Assembly: GCA_044222185.1 (NCBI GenBank)
Contig: JBGANV010000001.1
Span: 1,440,001-1,504,000, forward strand
Length of the DNA stretch: 64,000 nt
Direction: 5' to 3'
DNA from: Planctomycetota bacterium
Lineage (GTDB): Bacteria; Planctomycetota; GCA-002687715; CAIWVZ01
The notes under the pieces were generated by a model. That model saw nothing but the letters and a program-made list of their open reading frames with translations, did no database searches and was not told where the DNA came from. A program made the position numbers and the translations under genes. The first letter of the stretch is position 1. Each line of letters starts with the position of its first letter. This document shows positions 10,272-24,000 of this stretch, piece after piece.

Positions 10272-10363
10272 GGCGCGCTCAACCCTTTCCAACGAACCAA
10301 CGTCATCGGCGCAGATGGTATCGAGTTTGCCGCGGGACAAAGGGCGTCGCGCCGCGCCGTCTG

Positions 10364-11584
10364 GTGATCGCGCGACGCCTGCTACCGTGCCCGCCTACCG
10401 TGGGAACGACGTTCTGGGCATTGATCGCCGCCGTCTTCGTCAATCGAATCGGAACGATGGTCGTTCCGTTCCTGTCGCTCTTCTTCATGAAGGAGCGTGG
10501 GATGACGGAGGTGGACGCCGCCACGCTCCTCGCCTGGTACGGCGTGGGGATGATCGGCGGGTCGCCGGCAGGCGGAATCCTCGCTGACCACATCGGCCGC
10601 AAACCCACGCTGATGTTCAGCCTGATCCTCAGCGGCCTGGCCATGCTCGGCACTCTGTACGCGCCACCGGGCCTGGCCCTGGTCGCTGCCGTCATGGCCG
10701 TCGGGTTCTCCGGCGAAGCGCTCCGCCCAGCCGCCACGGCGTCCATCGCGGACATCCTCCCGGATCACGCACGAGCGCGCGGGTTCGCCGTCTACCGCGT
10801 GGCGATCAACCTTGGTTTCGGGGTCGCCTGTCTCCTGGGCGGCGAGCTGTCGAAGGTGTCGTTCCCCTCGATCTTCTGGGTGGACGCGGGGACCGGTTTC
10901 GCGGCCGCGATCACCACGTTCATCTTCGTGACGGAGACCCGGCCCGCGCGGCTGCCGCATCACCCGACGACGGGACCGGACGAGCAGGGCCCCGTGGGCC
11001 GGTTCGCCGTGTTCTGCCTGCTGACGCTCGTCGCGTACTGCACCGCGGCCCAGCTCACGACGAACCTGCCGATCTCCCTGATGCACCGCGGCCTGCCGGA
11101 GTCGACCTACCTTCGCATCCTGTCCATCAACGGGCTGAGCGTCGTCCTGTTCCAACTCCCCGTGAACCGGGTGTCGACGCGGTTGCGGATCACGACGGGC
11201 CTCGCCCTCGGCGCGCTCTGCTATGGCCTCGGCTACGGCCTCGGCGCACTCCCTGCGTCGGCGTGGAGCGCCGCCGCAACGATCTGGGTCGCAACCATCG
11301 GAGAGATGATCTTCGTGCCACTCGGCGCGACCTACACGGCGCGGCTCGCGCCCGAGGCGCAGCGTGGCCGCTGGATGGGCGTCTTCTCCATGTGCTACGG
11401 CCTCGCTCGCACCATCACTCCGCCGCTCGGCGCCGCGCTCATGGGACGGCTGGGGCACCAGGACTTCTGGCTCCTTTCGCCCGTCGTCGGTCTCGTCGCA
11501 GCAATCGGCTTCCTCGGCCTGGGCCGGAGCGAGCCCAGTCACGAGCGCACGGACCCGCTTATGCCCGCCCCGGCCGACGCGTAG
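10364..11584 (+). CDS. MFS transporter
   Basis: About 12 hydrophobic segments; MFS motif [11 protein letters not shown]; [12 protein letters not shown]. Confidence 0.9.
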   Translation: MIARRLLPCPPTVGTTFWALIAAVFVNRIGTMVVPFLSLFFMKERGMTEVDAATLLAWYGVGMIGGSPAGGILADHIGRKPTLMFSLILSGLAMLGTLYAPPGLALVAAVMAVGFSGEALRPAATASIADILPDHARARGFAVYRVAINLGFGVACLLGGELSKVSFPSIFWVDAGTGFAAAITTFIFVTETRPARLPHHPTTGPDEQGPVGRFAVFCLLTLVAYCTAAQLTTNLPISLMHRGLPESTYLRILSINGLSVVLFQLPVNRVSTRLRITTGLALGALCYGLGYGLGALPASAWSAAATIWVATIGEMIFVPLGATYTARLAPEAQRGRWMGVFSMCYGLARTITPPLGAALMGRLGHQDFWLLSPVVGLVAAIGFLGLGRSEPSHERTDPLMPAPADA

Positions 11585-11613
11585 GATCGCCGATCTTCGA
11601 CCCGGAGCGCCCC

Positions 11614-13154
11614 GTGCAGCCACCATCAGTCGTTCTTGACGGAGCCGGACTCACTCTCGCGCAGGCCTGCGCCATCGCCCGGTGCGGTGGCGCGCGCGTG
11701 ACCGTCTCCGCAGAGGCGCGCCGTCGCGTGGCGACCGCGCGAGCGCTCGTCGAGCGGATCGTCGCCGAGGATCGGGTCGTTTACGGGATCAGCACGGGGT
11801 TCGGCAAGCTCGCCAACCAGAGGATCGACCACGACCATCTCCGAGAGCTGCAGCTGAACCTCATCGTTTCGCATGCAGTCGGTGTCGGAGCCGAGGCTCC
11901 GGCCGACGTCGTTCGGATGATGATGCTGCTCCGCCTGAACGCCCTCCTCCATGGGAACTCGGGCGTGCGCGAGGAGACTGCGGACCTCCTGCTCGGCATG
12001 CTTCAGAAGGACGTGCTCCCGGTCATCCCCGAGCAGGGATCCGTCGGCGCATCCGGGGACCTGGCGCCGCTCGCGCATCTGGCGCTCGTCCTCATCGGCC
12101 AGGGCGAGGCGCGCGTCGGCGGCGAAAAGCTGCCGGCCGCGGTCGCGCTGCAGCGGGTCGGACTGAAGCCCATCGTCCTCGAAGCGAAGGAAGGGCTGGC
12201 CCTCATCAACGGGACGCCATTCACGGCTTCCGTCGGCGCCCTCGCCTTGGCGCGCGCCCGCGAGCTCAGCGTCGTCGCGGACCTCGCCTGCGCACTCACG
12301 CTCGAGGGGCTCCAGGGAAGCGTCAAGCCATTCGATGGGCGCATCGCCGCGCTGCGTCCCCACCCCGGCCACGCCGCCACGTCCGAGATCGTGCGCCGGC
12401 TGATGGCCGACAGCGAGATCAACGACGCGCATGCGAACTGCTCCCGCGTTCAGGACCAATACAGCGTCCGCTGTGTCCCGCAGGTTCACGGCGCCGTCCG
12501 CGATGCACTCACTCACGTCCGGACCGTGTTCGAACGGGAGCTCTGTTCGGTGACCGACAACCCGCTCCTGTTCCCAGCCGAGGGGGACGTCCTGTCCGGC
12601 GGAAACTTCCACGCCGAGCCCCTCGCCATTCCGCTCGACTACGCCACGATCGCCGCTTCCGAGCTCGCGAGCATCTCGGAGCGACGCATCGAGACGCTCG
12701 TGAACCCGGACCTCTCGGGACTTCCCGCGTTCCTCGCCGGCGGAAAGCCTGGATTGAACTCGGGCCTCATGATCCTGCAGGTCACCGCCGCGGCCCTCGT
12801 GTCGGAGAACAAGTCCCTCGCCCATCCAGCGAGCGTCGACTCGATCCCCACGTCGGCGAACAAGGAAGATCACGTGAGCATGGGCCCCATCGCCGCGCGA
12901 CACCTTCGCGGCGTGTGCGAGAACGTGGCGTGGGTGCTGGCCGTCGAACTGGTGGCCGCGCGGTTTGCGCTCCACTTCGTCGGCATGCGGGCCGGTCGCG
13001 GTGTCCAGGCCGCCTATGAAACGCTCTGTCGAGTGATCCCGCCCCCGGGTGACGACCGCCTCTTCCGCAAGGACATGGACGCCGCTCGTTCCCTCATCGA
13101 TTCCGGCGAACTCGTCGCCGCCGCCGAAGCCGTCGTTGGAGCTCTGCCCAGACC

Positions 13155-13158
<4 letters not shown>
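11614..13158 (+). CDS. hutH: Histidine ammonia-lyase
   Basis: [12 protein letters not shown] motif [42 protein letters not shown]. Overlaps hutU; GTG start is approximate. Confidence 0.93.
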
Positions 13159-14816
<1,658 letters not shown>

Positions 14817-14989
14817 GCACGAAACCGCCTTCGCTCGACGTCTTCCGGAACCGCGCGAGCGGGTTCGACATCCTGCATTCGCGTCTGAAACCTGCCGATA
14901 GGTCCTCTGGTTTCAGCGTGACGAGGGTCGCATCCAGCGCGGGGTCAACGGACCCCGCCATCTCGCGCACCTTCGGTCGGGAGATCTGA

Positions 14990-16288
14990 ATGGCCACGAG
15001 AGAAGTTCCGACGGGGCCGACGAGCCGCCCAGGGCGGGTCGTTCGAGGGTGTGAAGTCGCCCTCATGCTCGTGCTCACGGGCAGCGTGGCGTGGATGGTC
15101 GATCGCGATCATCGACGCGAGATCGAGCGCGCCGAGTTGAAGCGCAAGACCGACGATGCCGCGGCGCAGCTGGTCCGCTTCGAGCGCCGGGCGGCGGACG
15201 ACATCCAACTCGCCGGGTCGCGCGCCGAACGCGCCGAGCAGTCCGCGAATCTCGCACGAACCACGCTGGCTTCCATGCATGAGAGCCTGGCCGCGCAGGG
15301 CGAGTGCATCGAATCGCATGACCGCGCCCTGACCGAGCTCTCCGTTCGCCAGGACTCCCGTTTCGCCGAATCGGCGGCGGATCTCCGCACCCGCATCGAG
15401 GCGTTGAACGCGCGGCTCGACAAGGAGCCCGAGGCGCCCATCTCCGTCGAGCAGCGATTCCGCGCCATCCAGCGTCAGTCGGATCCGTCCGTGTTCCTCG
15501 TCTATTGCTCGTTCACCTACGAGACGAAGGACATGGACAACGACTGGACGGAGCATTCGGCGACGACGTGGGGCACGGCCTTCGCGGTCAGCGACGATGG
15601 TCACCTCGCCACCAACAAGCACCTCGTGCAGCCGTGGAAGTTCGATGCCGAACTCCGCGCTCTCGAGGCGATTGGCGAGGTTCGCATCCACGAGGACTCG
15701 GCCAAGATGGCCGCGTGGCGCGTGGGTGACGTGTGCGTCGATGCGAAGAAGCAGGCGGTGTTCACCAACGGCTGGTCGACTGCGGCGGGCACCATGTTCC
15801 TCGCCGGCACGGCCGACGACGTCTTCGTGACGAAGAACGTGGAGCTCGGCGGCAAGGGCTCGGACTACACGGTTCACGCGCTCGACAATCACGATCTCGC
15901 CCTCCTCGTCATTCCGAGTGCCAAGGTGAGCCCGCTCGCGCTCGCGTCGGCAGAGGAAGAGGCGCACCTCGGCAAACTCGACTCCGTCATGGCGATAGGC
16001 TTTCCGCGCGGTAGCGGCGGCCTCGAGTCGACGGTCGCCGAATCGTCCGCGTCGATGGGACAGATCCGCAAGATCGAGGACACCATCCACATCACCGCCC
16101 CGATCGTCGCCGGCAACTCCGGCGGCCCCGTGTTCGACGAGCAGGGCCACGTCGTCGGCGTCGCCACGCGGATCTACTCGGAGACGCTCGGCATCTGCAT
16201 CAAGGCCGGCCACGTCCGCGAGTTGCTCGATCGCACCCGCCTCGCCCAGCGCCTCGCGATCGCCGCGAGCGTGACGGGGATTCGGTGA
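14990..16288 (+). CDS. Membrane-anchored trypsin-like (S1) serine protease with coiled-coil stalk
   Basis: N-terminal hydrophobic segment and heptad-rich helix. Catalytic triad motifs ATNKHLV, HDLALL, GNSGGP; no PDZ domain. Confidence 0.85.
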   Translation: MATREVPTGPTSRPGRVVRGCEVALMLVLTGSVAWMVDRDHRREIERAELKRKTDDAAAQLVRFERRAADDIQLAGSRAERAEQSANLARTTLASMHESLAAQGECIESHDRALTELSVRQDSRFAESAADLRTRIEALNARLDKEPEAPISVEQRFRAIQRQSDPSVFLVYCSFTYETKDMDNDWTEHSATTWGTAFAVSDDGHLATNKHLVQPWKFDAELRALEAIGEVRIHEDSAKMAAWRVGDVCVDAKKQAVFTNGWSTAAGTMFLAGTADDVFVTKNVELGGKGSDYTVHALDNHDLALLVIPSAKVSPLALASAEEEAHLGKLDSVMAIGFPRGSGGLESTVAESSASMGQIRKIEDTIHITAPIVAGNSGGPVFDEQGHVVGVATRIYSETLGICIKAGHVRELLDRTRLAQRLAIAASVTGIR

Positions 16289-16810
16289 GGGGGTCGCTCG
16301 GGAGCGCTGACCTGAAGCTTGGGCCGTGGGCGCCTAGGCGCTCGACCGCGGGGCTCCATCGGCGGCTCCGTCGGGCGGTTCAGAGCTCATAGCCATCGGC
16401 GAAGACAGGCTGCGGAAAGTCGCGTGCAGTCGCCCGCAGCCACCGCGGCGCGACGATCTCTCGCCCGGGCTCTCTCGTGTTCCATGACGCGCCCGTCTCG
16501 GCGGCGCGGAACTGCGTCCAGGTCTTCGCACTCAGCTGTGCGCGACGCGCGACGCACTCGGGTCCTTCGTCTCGTGCTGCGACGCTGACCGAGCATGTGC
16601 CGTCTGGAGGCCAACCCCTGCGATCCTGAGCCGCCAGCGCGGAGGCTCCGTACCTGATCACCACGCCCCGGCTTCATCGAACTCGATGCGATTCCAGCCT
16701 CCCCCGTAGCGATGTCAGGACGTCAGCAATATGCTCGTCGATCCTGGGCCCGAGCGGTTCGGAGGCAGGCAACGCAGCATCCCTAATCCCGGCTTCAACG
16801 AGGAGCATCG

Positions 16811-19800
16811 ATGGTCAGCTACCGACCCATAGTTCGTGAAATGAGCGGTCTCGGACGGGCGGCGCGGATGCAAGTCGTGTCATGCCGAGCGCTCGCTGCG
16901 GCGTTGACTCTCATCGGGTCGCTTGCAAATCCCGGATCGGGTCAGACGGTGTGGAACGGGAGCGCGGATCCGAATTGGAACAACTCGGCCAACTGGAGCA
17001 CAACCGTCGTTCCTCGAGCTTCGACCAACGTCGTCATCCCGCCTGGAACGCCGAATCAGCCATCGATCTACACGTCGAATCCACTTTGCAACAACCTGAC
17101 GATCAGCAACGGAGCCGTGATGGTCGTTGCGCCGGGATTCCCACTGCTCGTGAATGCAGCGCTGACGGTCAACACCGGGGGCGCACTGGACAGCAACGAT
17201 TCGGTGACCGCAGGATCTGTAGTTCTCTCCGGGACCGGCACGTGGAACATCCGGAGCCTGGCCCACACGGTGGTGGGCAGTTGGAGCTCCAGTGCTGGAA
17301 GCGTGATCGGTAACGGGACGATCCAGTTCACGGGGAACGGTTCACTGCTCACCGGCGCCGGGTCGATTCCGAACGTCGTGATCACGGCCGGGACACGGTC
17401 CGTTCCGAACAACGGCGGAATTCAATCGGTCGTGTCGACGATCGCCGGCAATCTCACCGTCTCGGGCGGATCACTCGCGATCACGACCGGAACAGCCACG
17501 TACTTCGGTCAGAGCCAACTCACCGTCGGCGGCAACGCAACATTCACCGGCGGTGGCCTGGCCATGACATCCACGAACACATCGGCCGAGGTTCAGACGC
17601 TTCAGGTCGGGGGCAACTTCTCCTGGACCGGAACCCCGACGCTGACCATGAGCAGCACGGCGACCATCCGTTGCCTCGGGAGCTCCTGGTGCACGGGCTC
17701 GTCGTTCAACCCGACGTCGGGCACCGTTGCCCTTGGAATCTCCACGGCGGCTTCGGCGATCGCCGTGTGTGGCGGGTGCTCGTTCCCGAACCTGACGATC
17801 GCAGGGAACACCGTCGCGACCCTCGCCGGGGGCGCGACCGTCAGCGGATCGCTCAACGTGGGTGCGGGCGCGTCCCTCGTGACGACGACGTCCTCCATCG
17901 TGGTCGGAGGTTCTGTGTCGTTGATCGGCACGGGTACCTGGGACGTCGGAACACTGACTCATTCCGTCGCTGGGAACTGGAGCTCCGGTTCTGGAAGCGT
18001 GATCGGCAACGGGACGATCCAGTTCACGGGGAACGGTTCACTGCTCACCGGCGCCGGGTCGATCCCGAACGTCGTGATCACGGATGGAACACGGTCCGTT
18101 CCGAACGACGGCGGAACGCAATCGATCGTGTCGACGATCGCCGGCAATCTCACCGTCTCGGGCGGATCACTCGCGATCACGACCGGAACAGCCACGTACT
18201 TCGGTCAGAGCCAGCTCACCGTCGGCGGCAACGCAACCTTCACCGGCGGTGGCCTGGCCATGACATCCACCAACACATCGGCCCAGCTTCAGACGTTCCA
18301 GGTCGGGGGCAACTTCTCCTGGACCGGAACCCCGACGCTGACCATGAGCAGCGCGGCGACGATCCGATGTGAAGGAACGAACTGGAGTTCGTCCTCGACG
18401 TTCGTCTCGAACTCTGGCCTTGTGAAATTCGACGGGACTACCTTCCAGACGGTCGATGCGTCGTCGCTTCCAAACGTCACAGTCACGTCGACTTCCGCTA
18501 CGAGTCTCGTCGGAACCTCGGTCATCCAGGGGGCCGTGACGGTCAACGGGATTCTCGTGGCGATGAACGACCTCGAGATCAACAGTGGCGTCTCCGTCGC
18601 TGCCGCGGCGGCAATGTTGCTCACGGTCGGCAACTACCGTCTGTCGGGGCCACTCACTCTCAGCGGCAAATTCCAATCCGACTCCCCCATCACGATCGAC
18701 GGCACGTCGACGATCAGTCTCGGCGCGGGCGCTTCCCTGCCCGAACTGGTCGTGGCAGCGCCCCCGAGCCAGACGGTCGCATTCGCCGGCAATTCGGTCC
18801 CGATTGTCGGCAACCTAACGCTGCAGTCGGGATCAATGACCATCGCCGCGAACTGCGCCGTCTCCGTGGCTGGGGCGGCCCAGTTCTCCGGTGGCTCGCT
18901 GGCAGGCCCGGCGACGGCGATCCTCGATGTTGCGTCCCACGTCACGTTCTCCGGAACGACCTGCACGTCGCCACCAACGATCCGCTGTGGCGGGGACTGG
19001 ACGGCGGACGCGGGCTTCGCTCCCACATCCGGCGCCGTTGAACTCGATGGGACCTCCCCATCACTCATCACGGCGACGAGCCCGGGGTCGATCGCCAGAT
19101 TCAACAGCCTGGTCATGAAGAACGGCGTGCGGTCGAGCGGTGCATCATCGCTCACCGTCGATGCGGCGACCGTCGTCGTCCAAGGGGGTGCGTCGTTTGC
19201 GGCCGGCTCACACCAGGTCTCGATCGCCCGTGCAACGGCGACGACGATGACAGTCAACGGGACCCTGTCCGTCGGTGCGGGCGGGGAGCTTCGACTCGGC
19301 CCCCTCACGACGCTGACGATTGCCGGGCCTCCGTCCGTTTCAGGGACACTTTCGTTGATCGGCAGTCCGTCGGCCCCCGCCGTCGTCCGAGCGGCGGGCG
19401 CAGGGGGATATGGCCTGACGATCAGCGGAACGGTCGCCGCCCGCAACTACGTTTTCCAGGAGATGGGCGCGGCAGGGATTCGCATCACCGCGAGCGCAAC
19501 GATGGCACCTCCACCAAACGACTTGCGTGGTGGGCTCTTCACGCTGCCCACCGCCGGGGCGAACTCCGTCATGCTCGAGGTGGTCCAGGCAGGACCGCGT
19601 CAGCTCCGCTACTTGAACTTCGAGAACCCCAACTCTGTCGCCGCCGGGAACGTCCGTGTGCCGGCAACCGCCCCGGCTCTATTCACACTCTCGATGGTGA
19701 ATTGGGGCGGTTCCCACGGAGGGCAAGCTCAAGAGATCGACCCACTCAACCGCATCAATTGGGGGCCTCCCGAGGTAACGATGGTCGGCAGTCTCAGTGC

Positions 19801-20995
19801 CATCCCGGGTCCGGCGCAGGCCACCGTTGTATGGCAGACGGCGACCGAGGTAGACGCCGCTGCGTTCCTCGTCGAGCGTGCCTACGCGCCAGCCGGGCCG
19901 TTTGCAGCCGTCGGCGAAATCGGAGCCACCGGCGTCGGCAGCTATCAACGCCTCGATCTCCCCCTGACACCCGGCCAAACTTACACCTACCGGCTGACGG
20001 AGCGGCTCACGCATGGCGCGCTCGTCACGCTGCCCGCAATCACGACGGTGGTCCCGTTGGGCGCGGGGTTCGTGACCAACGTCCTGTTCGTCGGCCCCGG
20101 GAGCGCCTACGTAACCGTCAACGACGCGCTCGCGGCCGCGACATCGCCGAACTCGACCATCGTGATCGGTGCCGGCACCTATCCACCGTTCACGGTCGGC
20201 CCAACCGTGACGCCGGGGCTGCGCATCTTCGGTCAAAGCGCAGGAGCCGTGAACATCGACACGTCGAACGGCCCGATGACGATCGCCGGGGTTGCGGCCG
20301 GAGCGAGCGTCGAGCTTGGCGACTTGAACATCGGGTCATCCATGAATCCCAATCCGGCGGTCGTCGTTCAGAATTGCACCGGAGTCGTGATCATGGATCG
20401 GTTGTCTGCCGCGGCCGATGCCGGCCACCCGGCAATATCGATCCAGGACTCGACGGAGGTGGCCGTGCAGCGCTCCATGCTTCTCGGTGCCCCAGGCCTC
20501 GCAGTCGGCGGCGCCTCGACCGTGGCATTAAGCCGCACGTCGGCGACCGGGGTCGACGCTTCAGGGACATCCCTCGTTCGAACCTGTGCAGTCAGCGCCG
20601 CGGTCACGAGTGCGCCCGGTGCTTTCGTCGCCGGTCTCACCGGGTCGATGCCCGACGTGAGTCTCGACCGATTCTCGTCGATCTCGGCACCGATCGCACT
20701 GCGGATCACGGCCGAGCCCAACTCCGTGGTGATCGCGCTCCTCGCGCCTTCCGTCGGATGGCTCGACGTCAACCCGGCCGTTCAGATGGTCGGATTGCTC
20801 GACCTCGGCTCGTTCCTCATGCTCGGTTCTGGAGTGACGGATGCGTTCGGCGGGGCGAGCGTCGCCCTTCCGGTCACGCCTGCCCTCGCGGCGCTCGTGT
20901 CCGGCCTGCCCGTCTGCGCGCAGGCTGTGGCGGTGACACAAGCGCCCGGGGCACCCCGCTTCACCAACCTACAGTCGTTCGTGATCATGCCGTGA
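16811..20995 (+). CDS. Giant secreted Gly/Thr/Ser-rich beta-helix-like protein with FN3-like and pectin-lyase-like domains and terminal module
   Basis: 1394-aa ORF with GAGGAG RBS upstream (alternative start 16868). Signal-like segment ..SLANPGSGQ; WNGSADPNWNNSANW; FN3-like VVWQTATEVDAAAFLVER..YTYRL; VGPGSAYVTVNDALAAA..IVIGAGTY. Confidence 0.85.
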   Translation: MVSYRPIVREMSGLGRAARMQVVSCRALAAALTLIGSLANPGSGQTVWNGSADPNWNNSANWSTTVVPRASTNVVIPPGTPNQPSIYTSNPLCNNLTISNGAVMVVAPGFPLLVNAALTVNTGGALDSNDSVTAGSVVLSGTGTWNIRSLAHTVVGSWSSSAGSVIGNGTIQFTGNGSLLTGAGSIPNVVITAGTRSVPNNGGIQSVVSTIAGNLTVSGGSLAITTGTATYFGQSQLTVGGNATFTGGGLAMTSTNTSAEVQTLQVGGNFSWTGTPTLTMSSTATIRCLGSSWCTGSSFNPTSGTVALGISTAASAIAVCGGCSFPNLTIAGNTVATLAGGATVSGSLNVGAGASLVTTTSSIVVGGSVSLIGTGTWDVGTLTHSVAGNWSSGSGSVIGNGTIQFTGNGSLLTGAGSIPNVVITDGTRSVPNDGGTQSIVSTIAGNLTVSGGSLAITTGTATYFGQSQLTVGGNATFTGGGLAMTSTNTSAQLQTFQVGGNFSWTGTPTLTMSSAATIRCEGTNWSSSSTFVSNSGLVKFDGTTFQTVDASSLPNVTVTSTSATSLVGTSVIQGAVTVNGILVAMNDLEINSGVSVAAAAAMLLTVGNYRLSGPLTLSGKFQSDSPITIDGTSTISLGAGASLPELVVAAPPSQTVAFAGNSVPIVGNLTLQSGSMTIAANCAVSVAGAAQFSGGSLAGPATAILDVASHVTFSGTTCTSPPTIRCGGDWTADAGFAPTSGAVELDGTSPSLITATSPGSIARFNSLVMKNGVRSSGASSLTVDAATVVVQGGASFAAGSHQVSIARATATTMTVNGTLSVGAGGELRLGPLTTLTIAGPPSVSGTLSLIGSPSAPAVVRAAGAGGYGLTISGTVAARNYVFQEMGAAGIRITASATMAPPPNDLRGGLFTLPTAGANSVMLEVVQAGPRQLRYLNFENPNSVAAGNVRVPATAPALFTLSMVNWGGSHGGQAQEIDPLNRINWGPPEVTMVGSLSAIPGPAQATVVWQTATEVDAAAFLVERAYAPAGPFAAVGEIGATGVGSYQRLDLPLTPGQTYTYRLTERLTHGALVTLPAITTVVPLGAGFVTNVLFVGPGSAYVTVNDALAAATSPNSTIVIGAGTYPPFTVGPTVTPGLRIFGQSAGAVNIDTSNGPMTIAGVAAGASVELGDLNIGSSMNPNPAVVVQNCTGVVIMDRLSAAADAGHPAISIQDSTEVAVQRSMLLGAPGLAVGGASTVALSRTSATGVDASGTSLVRTCAVSAAVTSAPGAFVAGLTGSMPDVSLDRFSSISAPIALRITAEPNSVVIALLAPSVGWLDVNPAVQMVGLLDLGSFLMLGSGVTDAFGGASVALPVTPALAALVSGLPVCAQAVAVTQAPGAPRFTNLQSFVIMP
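17282..18368 (+). repeat. Intragenic near-identical direct repeat (about 390 bp, two copies, 696 bp period)
   Basis: Copy 1 about 17282-17672 and copy 2 about 17978-18368, both encoding WSS..GSVIGNGTIQFTGNGSLLTGAGSIPNVVIT...TPTLTMSS.ATIRC. Confidence 0.92.
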
Positions 20996-21041
20996 CCTCG
21001 GACGCCGCGGGCTCAGAATCCCACCGCTCGCTTTTCAGGGA

Positions 21042-24000
21042 ATGACGAACATGCGCGATTCGAACCAATCGGCCTCGGTTCTCCGCAGACCACTGCCGCT
21101 GACCCACGCAATCTCGCTGCGCGCTCTGCTCTTGGCATCCGCACTCTGCGCGGCGGCGACCGGCCAGATCACCACCGAGAATGCGCCGTCGGGGAATCTC
21201 CAGGCGCTCACGATGAGCGGATCCATGATCGTCGGTGACACGATCACCGCTCGCGTGGCAGCTCCCGCGGGTTCGTTCGTCATACTTGGCGTGTCCAGCG
21301 CTCCCGGTGACCTCGATACGGGGAGTGGCCACATCCTGCTCGACCTGGCGCAAGTGGTGCCATTGACGTTCCTCGGGTTCGCCGGTTCGGACAATCAATT
21401 CACCGTCACGGCAACGGTCCCGCCAGGACTGGCCGTCGGCGCGACGGCCTACTTGCAGGGAGCGATCTGTCAGAACTGCAGCCCGAGCGCACCGAGTCTG
21501 CAGTTCACGAACCGGGCGATCTGCCGCTACCAGGGCGCTCTCGACATAAGCGTGCTTTCACCGGCAGCAGGCGTCCTCCCCACCCAGACCGTCGTGCTTC
21601 ACGAGGCTCACGTGAGTGTCGTCGTTGCTTACGACGAGGGCGCGGACCCAGCGACGCTCATGGTGCTCCTGACAGGTCCTGGACAGAACGCCACGCCACT
21701 CCAGAACGGGATGACGAGGAGCGCAGCTGGAGCCTCGGGGCAAACACCTCCACTGGTCAGCGGAACCTACACGATCACGGCATCGATCGCAGCCGCTGGA
21801 GGGGCGCTCACGACGGCGACGATCCGCAACTTCGAGGTTGCGCTGCCATCGACGACGGGCCCGACCATCGTCCGTGGATACCTGTTGGATCCCGTGGGCC
21901 CGACGCCGATCGTTGGCGCTTCGATCTTCTTCGACGAAGGTGGTTCGACCGTCCTGACCGACAACCAGGGCCAATACACGATCCTCGATGCGCCGATCGG
22001 TGTCGGCGTACACATCAACTTCGATCCGACGAGCGCCGGCTCGGGGAATCTCGGACCCGGCGAGTACTACCCCGTCTACAAGCGGCCGATCTCGGTCGTC
22101 GAGGGAGCGTTGAACACGCCAGACCCGTGTTACCTGCCCAAGATCACTCCGCTCGCAGGATTCGGAGCCCTCGACCAGCAAGGCATCTTCTCGTGTGCGC
22201 AGAAGCGATTCCTGCAGGCTTACACCGTCGAGAACACGCAGCTCGGGGTACGGCTGCACATCCCTGCCGGCACGCATGTGACCTTCCTGAACGACGCGAA
22301 CCCGTGCACGCAGCAGCTCTCGATCGCTCCGGTCGACCGCGACCACGCGCCGTCGAACCTGCCTGCTGACCTTCGTCCAGCGCTGCTGATCACCGTCCAG
22401 CCGACCGGGATGAGGTTCTGGGTCACACCACCCAGCGGAACGAACCCGGGAACGCCCCAGCGCCTTCCGATCGACTTCCCGAACACGGATGACCTCGCGC
22501 TCGCCAACGAGATGGACCTGTTCTCAGTCGACCACGAAACAGGCCAATTCGCGGTCATGGGACGGATGCGCGCAACGCACCTCCGAAACGATCCCCAGTT
22601 TCCGCTGGGCCTGATCGAAACGATCCCCGGAACGGGCGGCCTCCAAGGTGGAAGCTGGCACTGCACCTGTCCACCGGCTCCAGTGGCTCCGCCACCCCCG
22701 CCAAGCTGCGGCGACGCATGCTGTGACGGCACCTGCATGTGCCCGAACCCGGAAGTGAGCCTCCGCAATGGGTTCATCAACGAGACGTTCCACCTGCCGA
22801 AACGGCGCATTTTCGACACGCCATGGGGGCCGGATCTCTCATACAACTCCCAGCGCCTCGCCAGCAATCTCGTCGTGCGTCTCAATGTGACGATCCCTCA
22901 GGTCAACGCCGTTCCGCCACTGGTGTCACTTACGGCCATGCTCGACGGAATGCCAAACGGCGGAGAGGCCTGGTTCGACACTCACGGCCTGAACGAGGCC
23001 GTCGACGAGACCCGAGTGATGTCGTTTGCGTTCAACACCACGGGACTGGCGAGCGGGCCGCACGCCTATGACATCTCCGTGAATAGCCACTATGGACAGG
23101 CCAAGGTGACGGCTCACGTGAAGGGCCTTCTTTACGTCGCGCAGCAAGAACAGTGTCGCTTCGGACGGGGGTGGGCGCTGACCACGGACCGGCAGCTGTT
23201 CGGCGGACCATCGACGACGGAGCTGACCCTTCTCGACGGAAACGGCCGCCGGCACGACCTGAAGGACGAGGTTCTGCTGACAGACCCCGGCCTGAGCGTG
23301 CGGATGTTCGCGGATACGTCCGTCACGGCGATGCAGTCGTTCTATGCCTCGTCGGCGCCGTCGTCGTTCACGGTCCTCCGCGCCGGCCAACCGCCGAGCG
23401 TTGTGACCGAGACGACGGTTCCACTCCCGAAGTTCTGGAATGCGACTGGGCCCAACCTGCTGAACCTCGGCGCGGACGGGCTGCTCGATCCGGCGACGTC
23501 GCAGGCCTCCCCACATGGCGATGACATCATCCTCCAAGCACCGAACAACCAGGACGCATTCGGCGCCCTGCTTGAAGGCTACTTGGTGATTCGGCAGGCC
23601 GGACCCGTCTCGTTTGCGGTCTTCGCGGACGATGCCTTCCAGTTGGAAGTGAACGGGCCTGGCGTCGACGGGATCCAGGCGACTCTCACCGGCTCGAACA
23701 CGAGCGGCTTCGTCGTGACCCCTCCAGTGACGCTGCCGGCTGGCCCCGTGAGGTTCCGGCTCGCCTACGTGGACCATGGGGGCAACTCACATCTTTGGGT
23801 CGTAGCCACTGGCGGAGGGCTGCCTGGAGGCGTCATCAACGACCCTCTGACCTACACCAGCAGCGGCTCGAGTGGCGGCTGTTCGACGCCCAATTGCGCA
23901 GCCCTTTTCAGCGGAGGTATCGGGAGCAGTCCGGTCGTGGTCGGGAGGTTCCGTGGAACGAACGGGGACTTCACGACGCTGGCCCGGCAACCGCAAGGCA

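Noticed and set aside
16380-16664. 94-aa minus-strand ORF ending VFADGYEL, reminiscent of IFADGFE tails
   Set aside because: No signal peptide, RBS or other support; probably chance, though a gene remnant cannot be excluded.
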